Assembly: GCA_964016885.1 (NCBI GenBank) | Contig: CAXHJY010001189.1 | Coordinates: 95,361 to 159,360, forward strand | Direction of reading: 5' to 3' | Source: Eledone cirrhosa | Lineage: Eukaryota | Length of the DNA: 64,000 nucleotides | Shown here: one piece after another, positions 14,901-27,973 of the stretch | How positions within the stretch are numbered: the first letter of the stretch is position 1 | How the letters are laid out: every line of letters starts with the position of its first letter | Program-made: the position numbers and the translations under genes | The notes under the pieces: model-generated | The model's input: only the letters and a program-made list of their open reading frames with translations | Told to the model about the DNA's origin: nothing | Database searches by the model: none

Positions 14901-17900
14901 ACAAGGCCAACAATTTTTGGGGGAGGAGAAAGTCGATTAAATCAAACCGTTACTGGTAATTTATTTTATCAAACCCGAAAGGATCAACAGCAAAGCTGAG
15001 CTCTGAACGCAAGGGGACATAACGGGGAGGGTACAAGAGTTTAAACTTATGCTAGTACTTGACAAGAGGTTGTTTTATTGACCCTGGAAAGATGAACAGC
15101 AAAGTCAACTTCAGCCAGATTTGAATTCAGAACATAAAGAGATTTAACTAAACACAGGACATTTTGTCAGACATTCTACTGATTATCTTAACCCTTTAGC
15201 ATTTAAACTGGCCATATCCAGCCAGAATTCTCTCACCACTTTCTGTTCAAACCGGCCACTTGTACTGCTGTTAAGGTATTGTTCTCAAAATAAATAACAT
15301 CAAAATCTCATAGATTTGATATTATGTGAGATAAAGCCTTTACCATGAAAATACAATAGTAAATATAAAGTAATGTAAATGCTAAAGGGTTAAGGTATTG
15401 TTCTCAAAATAAATAATATCAAAATCTCATAGATTCGATATTATGTGGGATAAAGCTTTTACCATAAAAATACAATAGTAAATATAAAGTAATGTAAATG
15501 CTAAAGGGTTAAGGTATTGTTCTCAAAATAAATAATATCAAAATCTCATAGATTCAATATTATCTTAGATAATCATGTGAAATAAACTGTTTACCATGAA
15601 AATACAATAGTATATATAGAGAATTGTAAATGCTAAAGGGTTAATCCACTGCCCTCTGGTTTTTATCTTAGACATAAAGCAATAAATTATGAGGGAGAAG
15701 TATAGTTGATTAGATCAACCCACATTGTATGACTGGTATTTATTTCAATGACTGAGGATAGATGAAAGGCAGAGTTAATTTCTAGGTGAGATTCTGAACT
15801 CAGAATTTCTGCTCTTTCTCTCAATTTATTACTTTATTAATAGTTAGTAGTAGTAGCAGCAACAGTAGTAGTAGTAGCAACAGCAATAGTTATAGTAATA
15901 GTAATGATTTCTAATCTTAGCAGAAAGCCTACAATTTGGGAGGGAGGAAAAGATCAACTATATTGACCCCTGTGCCTAACTGGTCCTTTATTTTATCAAT
16001 CTTGGAAAGACGAAAGGTGAAGCTGAACTCAGTGGAGTTTGAACTTGGAATGTAAAGAGCTATAACTGAATGTTACAAAGATTTTATCCCCCACTCTACT
16101 AGTAGTAGTAATAATGATTTCTAACTTTTGTATAATGTCACACATTTGTGTGGAGTATATAGTTAACATTTGTATAAGGTCGCACTTTGAGAAGAGTATT
16201 GTTGACATAAGGTTACACATTTGAGTGGATGTATAGTTGACCTTTGTATAAAGTCACATATTTGAGTGGATGTATAGTTGACCTTTGTATAAAGTCACAT
16301 ATTTGAGTGGATGTATAGTTGGTAAAATTTCACACATTTGAAGGGAATGTATAGTTGACCTATGTATAAGGTCACACATTTGAAGGGAATGTATAATTGA
16401 CTGTTGTATAAGGTCACACATTTGAAAGGAATGTATAGTTGACTTATTTTTTTTTATTAATCTAAACCCATCCATGGAAGGAGGAAAAGCAAAGTTGATC
16501 TTGGCAGGGTTTGAACTTTGAATGTAAAGGGCTTTGCACCTTTATCTCCATTAAATGCTTTTAACTTGTAAAATCCTGAATCACATTATTAGCAAGACAT
16601 ACTTGGAAAGTACAAAACAGCAATATGATTGCATCACATTAAAAATTACGTTTGTAGTTTAGTTTACTGCAATTTTTTCCTATGGTCTGTCCATTAGTAA
16701 AGATACTATAAACATTTGAATTAACAAACCTATTTTTGGACAATTTCTGCTAAATCATTACAGGATGTTAAGAGTTAATTGTTTTTTTTTATCTTCTTCA
16801 GTCATATTTAGTCCAACACAAGACAGTTTGTGTTGATGTTGATTCAAGAGGTGTGGGGTGTAAAGAGAAGATGATGACTGTTTTGTGTGAAGAACCATTT
16901 ATGAAGGATACTTTGAATACATCAAGGTAAAACTTTTTTTTTTTAATTTTAAATATGATGTGTATATGTTCCAGGATTGTTTTTTCATATCAATATATAA
17001 ATGTCTAACCTCATCATGGGCAAACTGCAGCATGTTTAACTTTCTGAATGGCATACTTAACAAAAAATTACATTGAAACTTTTCAGTAGTATGGCCTCCT
17101 TTATGATGAGCCATATTTTATGTGACCCATTATTCAGAAAAGGTTGCCCATGTCTGGTCTAAACCATATTAACTGTTGCTATGATAAATGTACCCAATAC
17201 AATATTTAAGGTGATTGCCAATAGCAGACCTATCAACTCTCCCCATCCGACAGGGAGATCTTCCACCCACTTTGGGGTGGGTGAGTGATGTCTTCTCTTG
17301 TGAAAATGGGTATAGCTTTCATTATCTAAAATCTCCCCATTTTACCTCATTTCTTCCCGTTTAGGCTTTTAGAAGTTGGCAGGTCTGCAATAGGAAAGGC
17401 ATCTCACTGTAAAAACCATGCCCAAAACAGTTAAGAGGACTCTCCAGTAGTGTGAATAGCACAACAACCTCTTTAGTGTTGCTGATCTACATGATAAACG
17501 CACTCGGTACATATTGTAACGTGGTTGGGCATAGGAAAGTCATCCAGCCATAGAAAGTTTGCCAAACAAAGGGTCGAAAAGACCATTTAGTTGGGTCATA
17601 GACATGACAACCTCCCTAGTGTTGGTGTTCTATGTGATAAATGCACCTAGTACACTCTGTGAAGTGGTTGTTGATAAAAAAAAAAGGCATTCAGCAGTAA
17701 AAAACCTGCCAAAAAAGGGTTAGGAGGACTCTTTAGCTGTGTTGAAGACATGGGTATGTTTGTGCTATGATAAAATGTACTCAGTAAAGCTCAGGAACAT
17801 ATGTAAGCAAGATGCAGGTCCCCAGCTTATCTGAGAGGTCAATGGCTTTGCTTGACTACAGACTTGGTCTACGAAAACCCATCCAACCTTTGCTAGCAGA

Positions 17901-18366
17901 GAAGACGAACATTAAATGATGATAATGATAATGGCATAGAAAATAGATGTTAAACTGTGATGATGGTGATATTTCTTTGTTACTAAACTGGCATTACATT
18001 AGAGGTGGTGTCTTCACTATCAATTATTCTCTGTTTCACTGCATACTACATCTGTTTTCATATATACCCTGTTTTTCTCTCAGTTCATCCATACTTCATC
18101 TTTCGTGCATGTTAACTTGCACTAGATAATGCTCCCAATTCTTACAGTAAGCCATTCAGTCATGCAATTTGTTGGTCATAATGACAAATTTGAAGTAAAC
18201 CTCCCTGAAAATCAAGGTTTCTTTCACACATTTATTTTGTCATTTCAGTGGCTTACAAACAACAGAATGTTCAAGCTTTGATGAAGTTAAGAATATTTTC
18301 ACAAATGTTGGATCACAACACGTTTTTATAAATTATGTTTCTAAATTAAAGACTATACATCATTAA
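11176..18366 (+). CDS. RWDD3: RWD domain-containing protein 3 (RSUME). Exons 11176-11242, 13335-13529, 14082-14473, 16802-16926, 18249-18366
   Basis: Exons join in frame with GT-AG sites (phases 1,1,0,2). Protein: MAEEELNNLAEIFCLPGE...VVFSLSEDYPSE (RWD YP motif)...GNPILLDLI...WILLLHIDHMRAKAKYIKFIKKWCKDFQLSGHLIFYKKMILLLLVGEHSSLKSYLVQHKTVCVDVDSRGVGCKEKMMTVL...ECSSFDEVKNIF. This matches my recollection of vertebrate RWDD3 (WITLLHLDHMRAKTKYVK...VDVDSSGKKCKEKMISVL). Confidence 0.93.
12525..13150 (+). mobile_element. 5'-truncated RTE LINE (older subfamily) in RWDD3 intron 1
   Basis: [41 protein letters not shown] is homologous to the RTE ORF C-terminus. The 3' UTR ends in a (GAT)n tail followed by (AT)n. 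Confidence 0.85.
15192..15640. mobile_element. piggyBac-type MITE with triplicated right end, inserted in a SINE
   Basis: TTAA|CCCTTTAGCATTTA ... TAAATGCTAAAGGG|TTAA. A ~119-bp unit starts at 15271, 15390 and 15509. Confidence 0.75.
16130..16445. repeat. ~39-bp tandem repeat (tttgtataaggtcacacatttgagtggatgtatagttgacc) within a SINE remnant
   Basis: About 8 visible degenerate copies. Confidence 0.8.
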
Positions 18367-18479
18367 ACATGTAATTGTTATTTTTTTTTACTTATATATT
18401 ATACATGTGTATGAATTGATATATATAATGTCTATGGGAGAAACTATATTGATAGTGTGAATATCTGTGGGAGAAATCA

Positions 18480-18900
18480 GTGTTCTTGGGAAATATAGTT
18501 CTCATTAGAAGAAGGGAGGTAGGCGTAAAAGCCAAACTTGCTATCTTCAATTTGGCATTTGTGCCAACCCTTACCTATGGTCATGAATCTTGGGTAATGA
18601 CCGAAAGAATACAATCACGAATACAAGTGGCCAAAATAGTTCCTCTGAAGGGTCTTTGGGGTGTGTAGTTCGGAGATCAGAGGATTACTCCAGGTAGAGC
18701 CACTATTTCCCTCAATTAAGAAATCACAGTTCCGATACTATGGGCATGAGGTTAGAATGTCTGAGGAAAGAATTGCTGGACAGATTTTACGGGCAATCCT
18801 TTGGGTATCCAGCCAGATTAGTTGATGGTTGTTTCTGACAGGACCCGCTGGAAGGAATGTTTGAGGACTCTGTCCCCACGACCCTCTCAGGAATAAATGG
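18480..18900 (+). mobile_element. Decayed RTE-like LINE 3' fragment directly after the RWDD3 stop
   Basis: AKLAIFNLAFVPTLTYGHESWVMTERIQSRIQ is an RTE thumb motif (L.YG.ESW), followed by SQFRYYGHEVRM. Confidence 0.7.
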
Positions 18901-19352
18901 GAAAAGGAGAAGATAATTGAAATTATTAATTTGCGTGCATTTTGTTTGTAAAAATAGTTTAGAAATATTGGGATAGATGTTTCTTATATGCATTTGGTTT
19001 TTTTAAGCGATCTTACAATATGAAAAAAAAAAGCCTTTTTTTTTTGTTTTGATACTTTTTCAAGTTTCCATCGAACGTTTCAGCATCGACTATTCTAATA
19101 TTCTAAACTAACTTTTGATGCCTCTCTAAATAAATTTGGAAAGCAGGTACTGTATCCCCATCATATATTAACAGTTTAGTAGCAGAGAGCAAGTACTCAG
19201 TAACACATAAGCATAGAGAAGTAGAATTAACATTGTAGCGGAATCTGAATAATGTCCCTTGTAATACTTATTAACTGTTGTTCTCGGAGAGCGGCTAAAC
19301 AAGCGAAATATTTCTCTATTAATCAAAAATGGTTGGTTAATTCAAACTAAGT

Positions 19353-22300
19353 ATGAATCCTATGCAAGTTTTACTCCACCCTGTTTTTGATCAACTTGGA
19401 GATGTTGAAGACAGCGATCTACACAAAGCAGCGCGGGATGGTAACTTGGGTCAGATGCGATCTCTTCTCACGTTTCCAAATTGTACACCACTTGATATCA
19501 ATTTGAAGAACTGCATGGGACAAACCCCTCTGGCACAAGCAGCTGCTGGTATCAAGCATTGTCACATTTCTCTCTTTCTCTTTTTTTTTTCTTTTACGAA
19601 TCCTATCTCCTTTTGACAATTTTTTCACCATGAATTATTTTCATTTAACTTCCGTCGTTTCATTACACCATGATGTGTATATAATAATAATGAAATTATT
19701 GTGTACAGTGCTCAGGTGCACTACAGCGTATGTAGAAAGCTACACCTATATCTATATTTAAGTAAATAGAACAGTAAATACATCTACCTACATATATGTC
19801 AATACATATATATCTATACCTATATATACATAAATACACATATCTATACTAACATATACAGCAACTACGTCAACAATAAATACACCAACCTATACATCTA
19901 CCAATATAAGCGTCAACATAAAATAAAATGTCAATCGTATGCACTTACACATCGCTGAGTGATGAAAGGCTAGATGTAAAGAGAAATAATTCAAGCAGAG
20001 GAAATGGTCAAATAACTAAATGCCTTATCATTTAATAACATTAATATTTTGGACTAAAATAATATCATTATTTATAATTAATTCTGAGTTCAAATCCCGC
20101 CGAGGTTAACTTTGCCTTTCATCCTTACGGGGTCGATAATATAAAGTACCAGTCACACACTGGGGTCGATTTAATCGACTTTCCCCTCCGCCAAAATTGC
20201 TGGCCTTGTGCCTATATAAAAAACAATTATTTATAATTAATTCGCTTTTGTTTACATTTGTTTGGTTGATAATCTGGCTTCGTTTTCTAGGGAAAAAAAC
20301 TGATATAAGTGTTGGCTATTGATATAATGTTATGGGGTATTTTGACGGAATTCCGAGCATCTGTTATGATATATTTCAACCTCCTTCATTCAGCGGTGTA
20401 TGTGTGTATGGAAAACAAACGTACGTCATCCATCGCAATAACAAAACAGAGAGAAACACAAATAATGTAGAGAGGAGTAAACTTGTTTTACAAGTCAATT
20501 TATTGATGTTTGAGGGTACTGGGCAGCTAATAAGGAAGTTCTTGTCATCGTTGACCGCTGGCCTTACATAGGTATCAGATGATGCCTGTCAGGGTGCTTG
20601 GTTATTTCCATCGCCTTAGTCTCGCTATTATTCGCAGTAATGCCCCGTGCAATTATTACAGAGGCTTCTGCACCCCTTATTGTGGTGTGTGGATCTTCTC
20701 TTCCACTTTTTACTTCGTTTCACATCGTTTTCACCATAGTTTCCAAAGGAAGTTTTAATTATTTGAGAGTTCATTCAATAATTATTCTAATCGAATTCTT
20801 AGAAAGTAAATTTCAGGCCTTTATAAAGCATTAATCAACGTACACACAAACGTCTTAAAAGTACCTTACAGTAAATAATTTTAAGTCTATAAACCTATCC
20901 ATGCAAAAAATAATTAAATCTGATAGTTCGATCTTTAGACAAGCACATTAAGTACGCTTTTAAACATTGTCAAAAGGCGAAGACATTTTCGATATGGATA
21001 TCATCGATTATATCGATCCCAGGAATGGGTTTATTGACAGTTGTATAAATAACATTACACATATGTTTTAAATATATACATAAATAACATTACACATGCG
21101 CAAATAACATTATAAATTGCTCGCAATTCGTTCAGAAGAACATTACAAATATAATTGTTTCTACTTTTGGCACCAGGCCAGCAATTATCCTAGTACATTA
21201 CTAGTACTTTATTTTATCGACCCCCGTAAGGATGAAAGGCTAAATTAACCTCGGCGGGATTTGAACTCGGATCATAAAGGGAGGTAACTCTATGCTTCAA
21301 AGCATGGCACCCGACCCTCTACCGATACTGCCAATCCACCGAGAAATATAATGTCGTTAATAAACACACAGATGCATCCAAAGTCAACATCAGCATGATT
21401 AAAAAAAAAATAATAATAAAGAGAAGGAAAGTCCCATGCACTCAACCAAGCACAACAATAAGGGGCTCTGGAGTTTTCTCTAATTATTTTCGAGGCAAGC
21501 TAATACACTCACAGCATTGACACAGGTGATAGCGACACTAAGACGTTGGAATAACCAAGCAGCATTGCAGGTATCACCTGATGCTTGGATAAGCACAATG
21601 ACAAGCACTTAATTGTCAGGAACCAAGCTCGTCTCGAACGTCACAAAAAATAGTTTGCCGATAATTTCTGGTATTTTAAGAATTTTATTCCATTTGGCTG
21701 CGGATACAGTGACCTTCACTGCAGCATTTATGATGTAGGATGGAGCAAACGTCCCAAAATGAGACATCGATGTCTTGCCCAAGGCAAAGAGTAAAACCAT
21801 GTGGTCTCTTCCCACAAACCCTTGACCACCGTTCATCTACAAAGAGTTATAAATATACACGGCAAATTATTTCAGTATTCTACAATGTCTGCCACTTCAA
21901 AATAGATAAAAATAAAATAAAAGAAGACTTATCAATAAATAGTAACTATGGGCTAGCATAAGGATTAGTGTCGATAACATGCTTTGCAATATTTATTCTG
22001 GCTCTTTACACTTTGAGTTCAAATCCCACTAACATTAACTTTCGAGGTCAATAAAGTACCAGTTAAATACTTGGGTCAATATATTCGACTATACCTTTCG
22101 TCAAAATTTGAGGTTCTGTGCTTAAGAAATCAATATTTAATTTCAAGACAGCGGTTAGATATTTATATAATTTTTTTCCCACATATATGAAACATTTAGG
22201 CATGGTCTTATTTGAGGGTTCCATTAAAGTGGAAGTGAAATTTCCTGACAAAATCTAAATCTAAAACGTAAATACAATTTTCTTTGGTTTATAATTACTG

Positions 22301-25300
22301 GTTTCAGTCATTAAACGGCGACCATGCTGGGGCATTACCCTTAGAGAATTTAGTTGATTAAATTGGTGTGAGTGTGTCCAAGTACTTGTGTAAGCACTGT
22401 CTGTATGCTATGTGTATATATGTATAATTTTCGTGTACGTGTTTGTTATTTATGTGTCCGTATTGTATAGTGTTAGAAAATATGTGTGTATAAGTGTGTC
22501 CGATTTGAAGTACATGTATTGAAATGGGTCCTTGGGTGTAGGTGGTTGGGTGTATGTATATGCCCACCTCTGTATGTATAATTGGGTATATGCGGTGTAT
22601 CAGTCTATATGGTTGGATATATGTGGCGTATGAGTATGTATGTGTATACCTGTGTGAACTATTTAAAGAGATGCCATTATTATTTTCCTTTGTAGGAGGT
22701 AATCTAGAATGTGTCCAGTTACTGTTGGAACATAACAGTCTAACATCTATCTCAGATATCAAAGCCCAAACACCCCTCTTCTTGGCACTTCGAAATCAAC
22801 ACATCGATGTTGCAAGATTTCTTCTTAGTTATGGTGCAAATCCAGATGGAGATTTGGCCAATGCGACAACTCCACTTTGCCATGCCGCTTGGCATGGTAA
22901 TCTAGAAGCAATAAAGGTTTGTAATATATTTTATCATTTATATATCGGTACGTACATTTTTCATCTTTCTGTATCCAGTGAGTCGAAAAAAACCCAATCT
23001 GTACCGTTGTTATATTGTCTAGTATACAGGACCAGATTTAGACCTTAGGGGGCCCAGAGCAGTTTAGGTTTGGTGGGCCCCTCATATAACAACACAGACA
23101 CAGACACACACACACATATATAAACTCATAAGAAGGAAGAGAGAGAAAAAAGGGCCCTGTTCAGAGAGGTGGGGGGTCTTTTTGATGAAGGGGACCCAGG
23201 GCATTCTATCTTTCCCTCATGGCTTTTTGATAGATAAAAGGCTATGGGCGCGCTACAGATAGATGTATTGTCTGTAATGCGCTGAAACATCCGTGACCCA
23301 CAGTAGACAACTGATGAAGGGAAATTGTCCATCTCTTGTTTGTATCACCTTACTTTCTAACACTATATGTATATATATGTGTGCAAAAATAAACAGAAAC
23401 AACACAGTATAATGAAGAAATACATTAGTTTAACGTTTGATATAATAGGCAACAAGTCTTTATGTTTCGGATACTAGTCCTTCATAAAAATATAAAATGA
23501 AAAATAAAAGATGAAATAGAATGATAGAGAATGAAAAGAGATAGGAATAGAAAAAAGTTTTTGGAAAAAAACGTGTAATTTCAGTCAGCCATTTATATAT
23601 ATTTTTAGAAGATGTAGAAATCTCAAATGCAGAAAATAACTGTAACCACAGTCGATTGATAACAACTTAGAAAATCAGGTAAAATACTCCTATACCAGCA
23701 GCCACTGCTGGCCACTTTTTTTCCAATTATAGGGGTATTTTACCCTTTTCCTAAGCTATTATTTATAGCAACTGACTGGTTACAGTTATTTTCTATGTTT
23801 GGGATTTTTACATTTTCTATGAATTTCAATCAAATCAATACTCTGATAGTTAATTTTCAAAACATGCACATATATATGGTAAAGTAATCGTGTAGGTGTC
23901 ACGACAAAAAGCACCCAGTCCACACTGTAAAGTGGTCGTGTAGGTGTCATAACAAAAAGCACCCTATCCACACTGTAAAGTGGTCGTGTAGGTGTCACAA
24001 CAAAAAGCACCCAGTTCATGCTGTAAATGAGGTTGGTGTTAAGAAGTGCATCCAGCTGTAGAAACCAAGCCAAAATCAGTTCTGTATGAGCAAGACATGG
24101 TCACCTGACCTAGCATTGCCCACAACAGGACGACTTGTCTAACCCATGCTAGTGTGGAAAAATGGACGTAAAATGGTGATGATGATGATCGTAGAGTTTG
24201 ACTGTGTTTTGTGGCTATGAACGCATATCTGATGAGATGTTGGTGCAGACTCCGACCCCGGCCATTATGATCGAACCCTGAGTTGATTGATATTGAAACA
24301 ATCGTCATATGCAGTAAAGTTCATTCATGATGCAGCCTTAACTTCGTTCCTGCTTACTTGTGTGTATATATATATATTGAAAGTATGTCTTAGCTTAGTT
24401 TGGAACTGTAGCGTTCATAAATCCATTTCAAACTGAGGATCTTGTGAAGTGAATATATTAACAATTCACCTATGTTGCATATAATATCTAACTCTTTTAA
24501 CTGTATATTTACATTTTTTACTAATTTCAGTTGCTGCTTGAATTTGGTGCCGATGTAAATCTCAGAAATCAGAATGATATAAAGTTTGATTATAACAGAC
24601 CTCTAAGTTTAGCTTTTGCTTATCAACACTTGGCATGTGTGAAATTATTACTGAAATCAGGAGCAGACCCTAACTTGGCTGGATATTTCTGCCATAGAGC
24701 AGTACAGAAAAAGTATTCCAGTATATATATTCATCTCTTCTACCAGTTTGGAATTAATATCTTTCGGAAGGATAAATCTAAGATGTATGCTTGGGAATTA
24801 GATAATGAACAAAATGAGTGTGTCAAACTTCTTAACATTCTCAGAGGTGAGTCTCACTCCAAGCCTCCTCCCATCACTTCTTATTTACAAGTACAGTGAA
24901 ATTCCGTTATAATGAAATTCACAGGTATAAAAAAAATTTGTTATAATGAAAAATTCTTTATAACAAGATCGACCAAAACAAATCAAGCGTTTGTTTGTTA
25001 TTACCTTGGGGATTGAAAGAAATTCCATTATACTGAAAAATTTGTTATAATAGAATTTTACCTGTACATTTCATTTTGACCCTTTTGATACCAAACCACC
25101 TGAAACCACCCCTGATTCTATGATACAACTTCTTTTTTTTTAAGTATTTACATTTATTTAAAAACCTTCCATTATAATTTTTTGTAAAAAAGTTTGCTAA
25201 GTTTAGTTTCACACACCAACTTAAAAATGAGAAAGTTAGTTGTATTACTAAATCCCTCCAGATTCTTGATTATTTAAAAAAAATATTTGCACATCAGAGG

Positions 25301-26351
25301 AAGTATGGTAACAAAATCATTAGAAACTTGGTAATAAAAGGTTTAAATATATTCCTTTAGATTATTTACATATTATGATTAAAAAGACTATAGATATTAT
25401 TATCATCACTGTTTTACATTTATTTTTCATGCTGGCATGGGTTAGACACAGGCTGTCACATTCTAAGACTATGTACCTTGAAGTCTGAATGTTTTTTTTG
25501 CAGCATCATCATTGTTATAATGGTGTGTCACACGTTTGTATATCTGTACGAACGAAGGTAAAACCCGAATATTCATCAGACGTAATTTCAAACTACCAAC
25601 AAGATCACTACAATGAGACTCCATATAACACAGTCTTCATGACAGTTCACTTCGGTTATTATTTATAGACATTACACCTAGTCCACTTTTAGTTATGTGG
25701 GGGTGCTCAGGGTTTTTCCCTACAGCAATCATCATCATCACTGTTTAATGTCTATTTTCCATGATTGTATGTCACGTAATGGGGCTAGACTGGTCAGCTA
25801 ACAATTTCCTGCTTGTATGCTCCATTTTTAACTTGGCTTCAACAGCCCTTCCAAGTGCCAACCAATTTACAGCATGCACTGGGTGAATTTTATCATGTCT
25901 TTGGCACTACCTCCTTACAGGGTGAACTGAATGCTTTTTATTGTAGCATCAGTACTACTCTTTACAAGGTGGACTGGGTACTTTTTATTGTGGCATCAGC
26001 ATACTGCCTTATAGGGTGGCCTGGGTGTTCTTTATTGGGGTAGCAGCACTATCACCTTACAGAGTGGACCACATGTTTTTTATTGTGGCACCAATACTAC
26101 CACCTTACAGAGTGGACTAGGTACTTTTTATCTTAACACCAATCTATTTGTTATTAATAGGTTCGTTGTTCTTGTCTAGAATGTTGATTTAATTTTCTCT
26201 TTTACCAGAATCTCCCCGGCAACTGAAAGCATCTTGTAGGATATGTATCTGGAAACATATTGGATGGCAAAGAATAAAGAAAATCAATGAGTTAATCATG
26301 TTACCAAAGTTTTTGATATCATATTTGAATTATGATGATTTGTGTGGCTGA
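19353..26351 (+). CDS. Ankyrin repeat and SOCS box protein (ASB family). Exons 19353-19548, 22696-22916, 24531-24846, 26209-26351
   Basis: In-frame GT-AG joins (phases 1,0,1). Ankyrin repeats: DLHKAARDGNL, GQTPLAQAAAGGNLECVQLLL, QTPLFLALRNQHIDVARFLL, TTPLCHAAWHGNLEAIKLLLEFGADVN, RPLSLAFAYQHLACVKLLLKSGADPN. Terminal SOCS box: SPRQLKASCRICIWKHIG...INELIMLPKFLISYL. The exact paralog cannot be assigned. Confidence 0.92.
20520..20680 (+). mobile_element. Decayed CRE-clade 3' fragment
   Basis: cagggtgcttggttatttccatcgccttagtctcgctattattcgcagtaatgcc resembles the WLFQRLSLAIIRGNA-type ending. Confidence 0.5.
21151..21341 (-). mobile_element. tRNA-derived Nin/Deu-domain SINE, full-length representative. 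More than 20 copies or fragments in the window (e.g. 3765, 10070, 14530-15180, 20082, 28680, 33440)
   Basis: A-box TGGCAGTATCGG, B-box GAGTTCAAATCC, then gccgaggttaa(c)tttgcctttcatccttacggggtcgataaaataaagtac (Nin/Deu-domain-like core) and a gtagaaacaattatt tail. Confidence 0.8.
21470..21840 (-). mobile_element. Decayed CRE-clade 3' fragment in ASB intron 1
   Basis: Reverse complement has gcttggttattccaacgtcttagtgtcgctatcacctgtgtcaatgctgtgagtgtattagc, homologous to 8290-8560. Confidence 0.6.
23880..24189 (+). mobile_element. RTE 3' UTR-only insertion with ~48-bp tandem units and (GAT)n tail
   Basis: Three copies of gtcgtgtaggtgtcacgacaaaaagcacccagtccacactgtaaagtg, then the conserved RTE terminus. 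Confidence 0.85.
24217..24324 (+). ncRNA. Type I hammerhead ribozyme motif (PLE-type), intact core
   Basis: Stem I GCATAT/ATATGC, extended by ATGAAC/GTTCAT across an AGTAAA bulge. Core CTGATGA; long G-U-rich stem II (GATGTTGGT/ATTGATATT); GAAA; short stem III AC-AATC-GT; cleavage triplet GTC at 24304-24306. Confidence 0.8.
24894..25064. mobile_element. Tc1/pogo-type MITE
   Basis: TA|CAGTGAAATTCCGTTATAA ... TTATAATAGAATTTTACCTG|TA. Confidence 0.65.
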
Positions 26352-26378
26352 CCTCTTGGCAATTTCTTCCAGCTATTA

Positions 26379-26734
26379 CTCTTGGGTCTCGAGTAATCAC
26401 CCCCCCCCCCCCCCCCGTCACCACTTATTAATTTTTCAGACCCTCCCCCTTATTAAATTTTGCTAATCTATCTCTGGCAAAATTTTATTTTAAGTAGGAG
26501 CATTCTTGTGGCAATAAATTTTCTTTATACATTAGAAAACATTACATATGACAAAAAAAGTACATTACTAGAAATCCCATATGTTATAAAATAAATAGGA
26601 TGGGTTGGGGTCTCAATATGTAAACTAAAAAACTAATTCTGTTGTTTTTTTTAATTAATGGATACAACCTAGACAAATTACTGATTTCCAACTCCACCAC
26701 TTATTCCCCCTCCCTGTTATTTGGGACCCAAGAG
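26379..26734. mobile_element. TA-flanked MITE in the ASB 3' UTR
   Basis: TA|CTCTTGGGTC ... GACCCAAGAG|TA, starting 28 bp after the stop codon. Confidence 0.65.
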
Positions 26735-27936
26735 TATGTGTTTTGTTTTCAATTTAGGAAAAAATAATATTTAGCAAAGGTTTTAAATTATTGTTTAAGT
26801 AATAAATCTAAACAGTTTAGGTTTACATTTTTTCCTATTTTAAAACTGCTGATTCAGGATACTTAATACACAAGGAATTTGGTTTTAACCTGATAGAAAT
26901 GTATATATTCTTCAAACATTACTTGTTGTATTTGTAAAATTATAGCTGTCAGATAATATTAAAGCTATTGAAATGAACTTCATTGATAACATTGAGTAGG
27001 AAACAGAGTTTGAACTTTAAAGTATTTACAAAGAGAAGAGCGACTTGTTGCTTATGATAGTAACTAAAATAATTGAGTTGTGGATGAAACAAGGGCCGAA
27101 AAAAATGGCTGTAGAAATCCTGGTATGGCAAAACCTCATAAAACATCATAAGAATTAAATGCAAAGGTCATGATTCTATATGGTTAGATTAAAATGGGTA
27201 AGTGAAGAATTCAATCATTGAAGTTTACAAGGCCCCAATCGCAATAGCTGTCTTTGATCCTTTCTGCTGACACAATGATTGTAATTGATCAGATGACACT
27301 GTTGATTTTAATGAAGGATGACTAAATCTGATGATTTGATTGATAAATGATTTTGCATCACTCTTTAGCCTCTCTCTCTCCCTCACGCCATGTCATTATC
27401 GTTTTTATGTTGCCTTTTCCATGCTGGCATTGGTTGGACAGAAATTTTTGAAGCAATGGTTTACAGCCAGATGCCTTTCTTGACACTAACCCTTTGAGTT
27501 GCTTCTTATGACATGCAGGAATACTACAGTATACCTATTCTAAACCAGATATGCACAATTATATATATATATGTGTGTTGCCTGTTTTAATTCATTGAGA
27601 TGGTCAACACTGTTTCTTGGTACTTGAAACTGCAGTAAGGGAAAGGTTATAGTGAAGCTTTCTTGTTTTAGGTTGCTTTATTAGGAATCTACCTGTTGGT
27701 AACTTTGTATAAGTTATTCAATATGTATATATATATGTACATGTAGAATATGTGTTTATATATAGTAATAATAATAATAATAATAATAATGATAAATACA
27801 AAGACCAAAATTCAAAGAAGACTTGATAAGGGTTGTATATACGTATAAGTATATATAAACCCATAGAGTTAATATTTATTTGATGATCCTGCTTAAGGTG
27901 AAAGCAGAAATTCATTGCTTAAATTTAATCTGTACT

Positions 27937-27973
<37 letters not shown>

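Noticed and set aside
22542-22695. N-terminal part of ORF 22542-23048 (also ORF extensions at 13226 and 13988)
   Set aside because: Intronic read-through upstream of clear splice acceptors.
23450-23490. Minus-strand hammerhead-like GGA-CTAGTA-TCC-GAAAC
   Set aside because: The CUGANGA box is absent.
25525-25585. Minus-strand hammerhead (CTGATGA...CAAACGTG)
   Set aside because: GAAA is mutated to CAAA and stem I is unconvincing; at best a dead relic.
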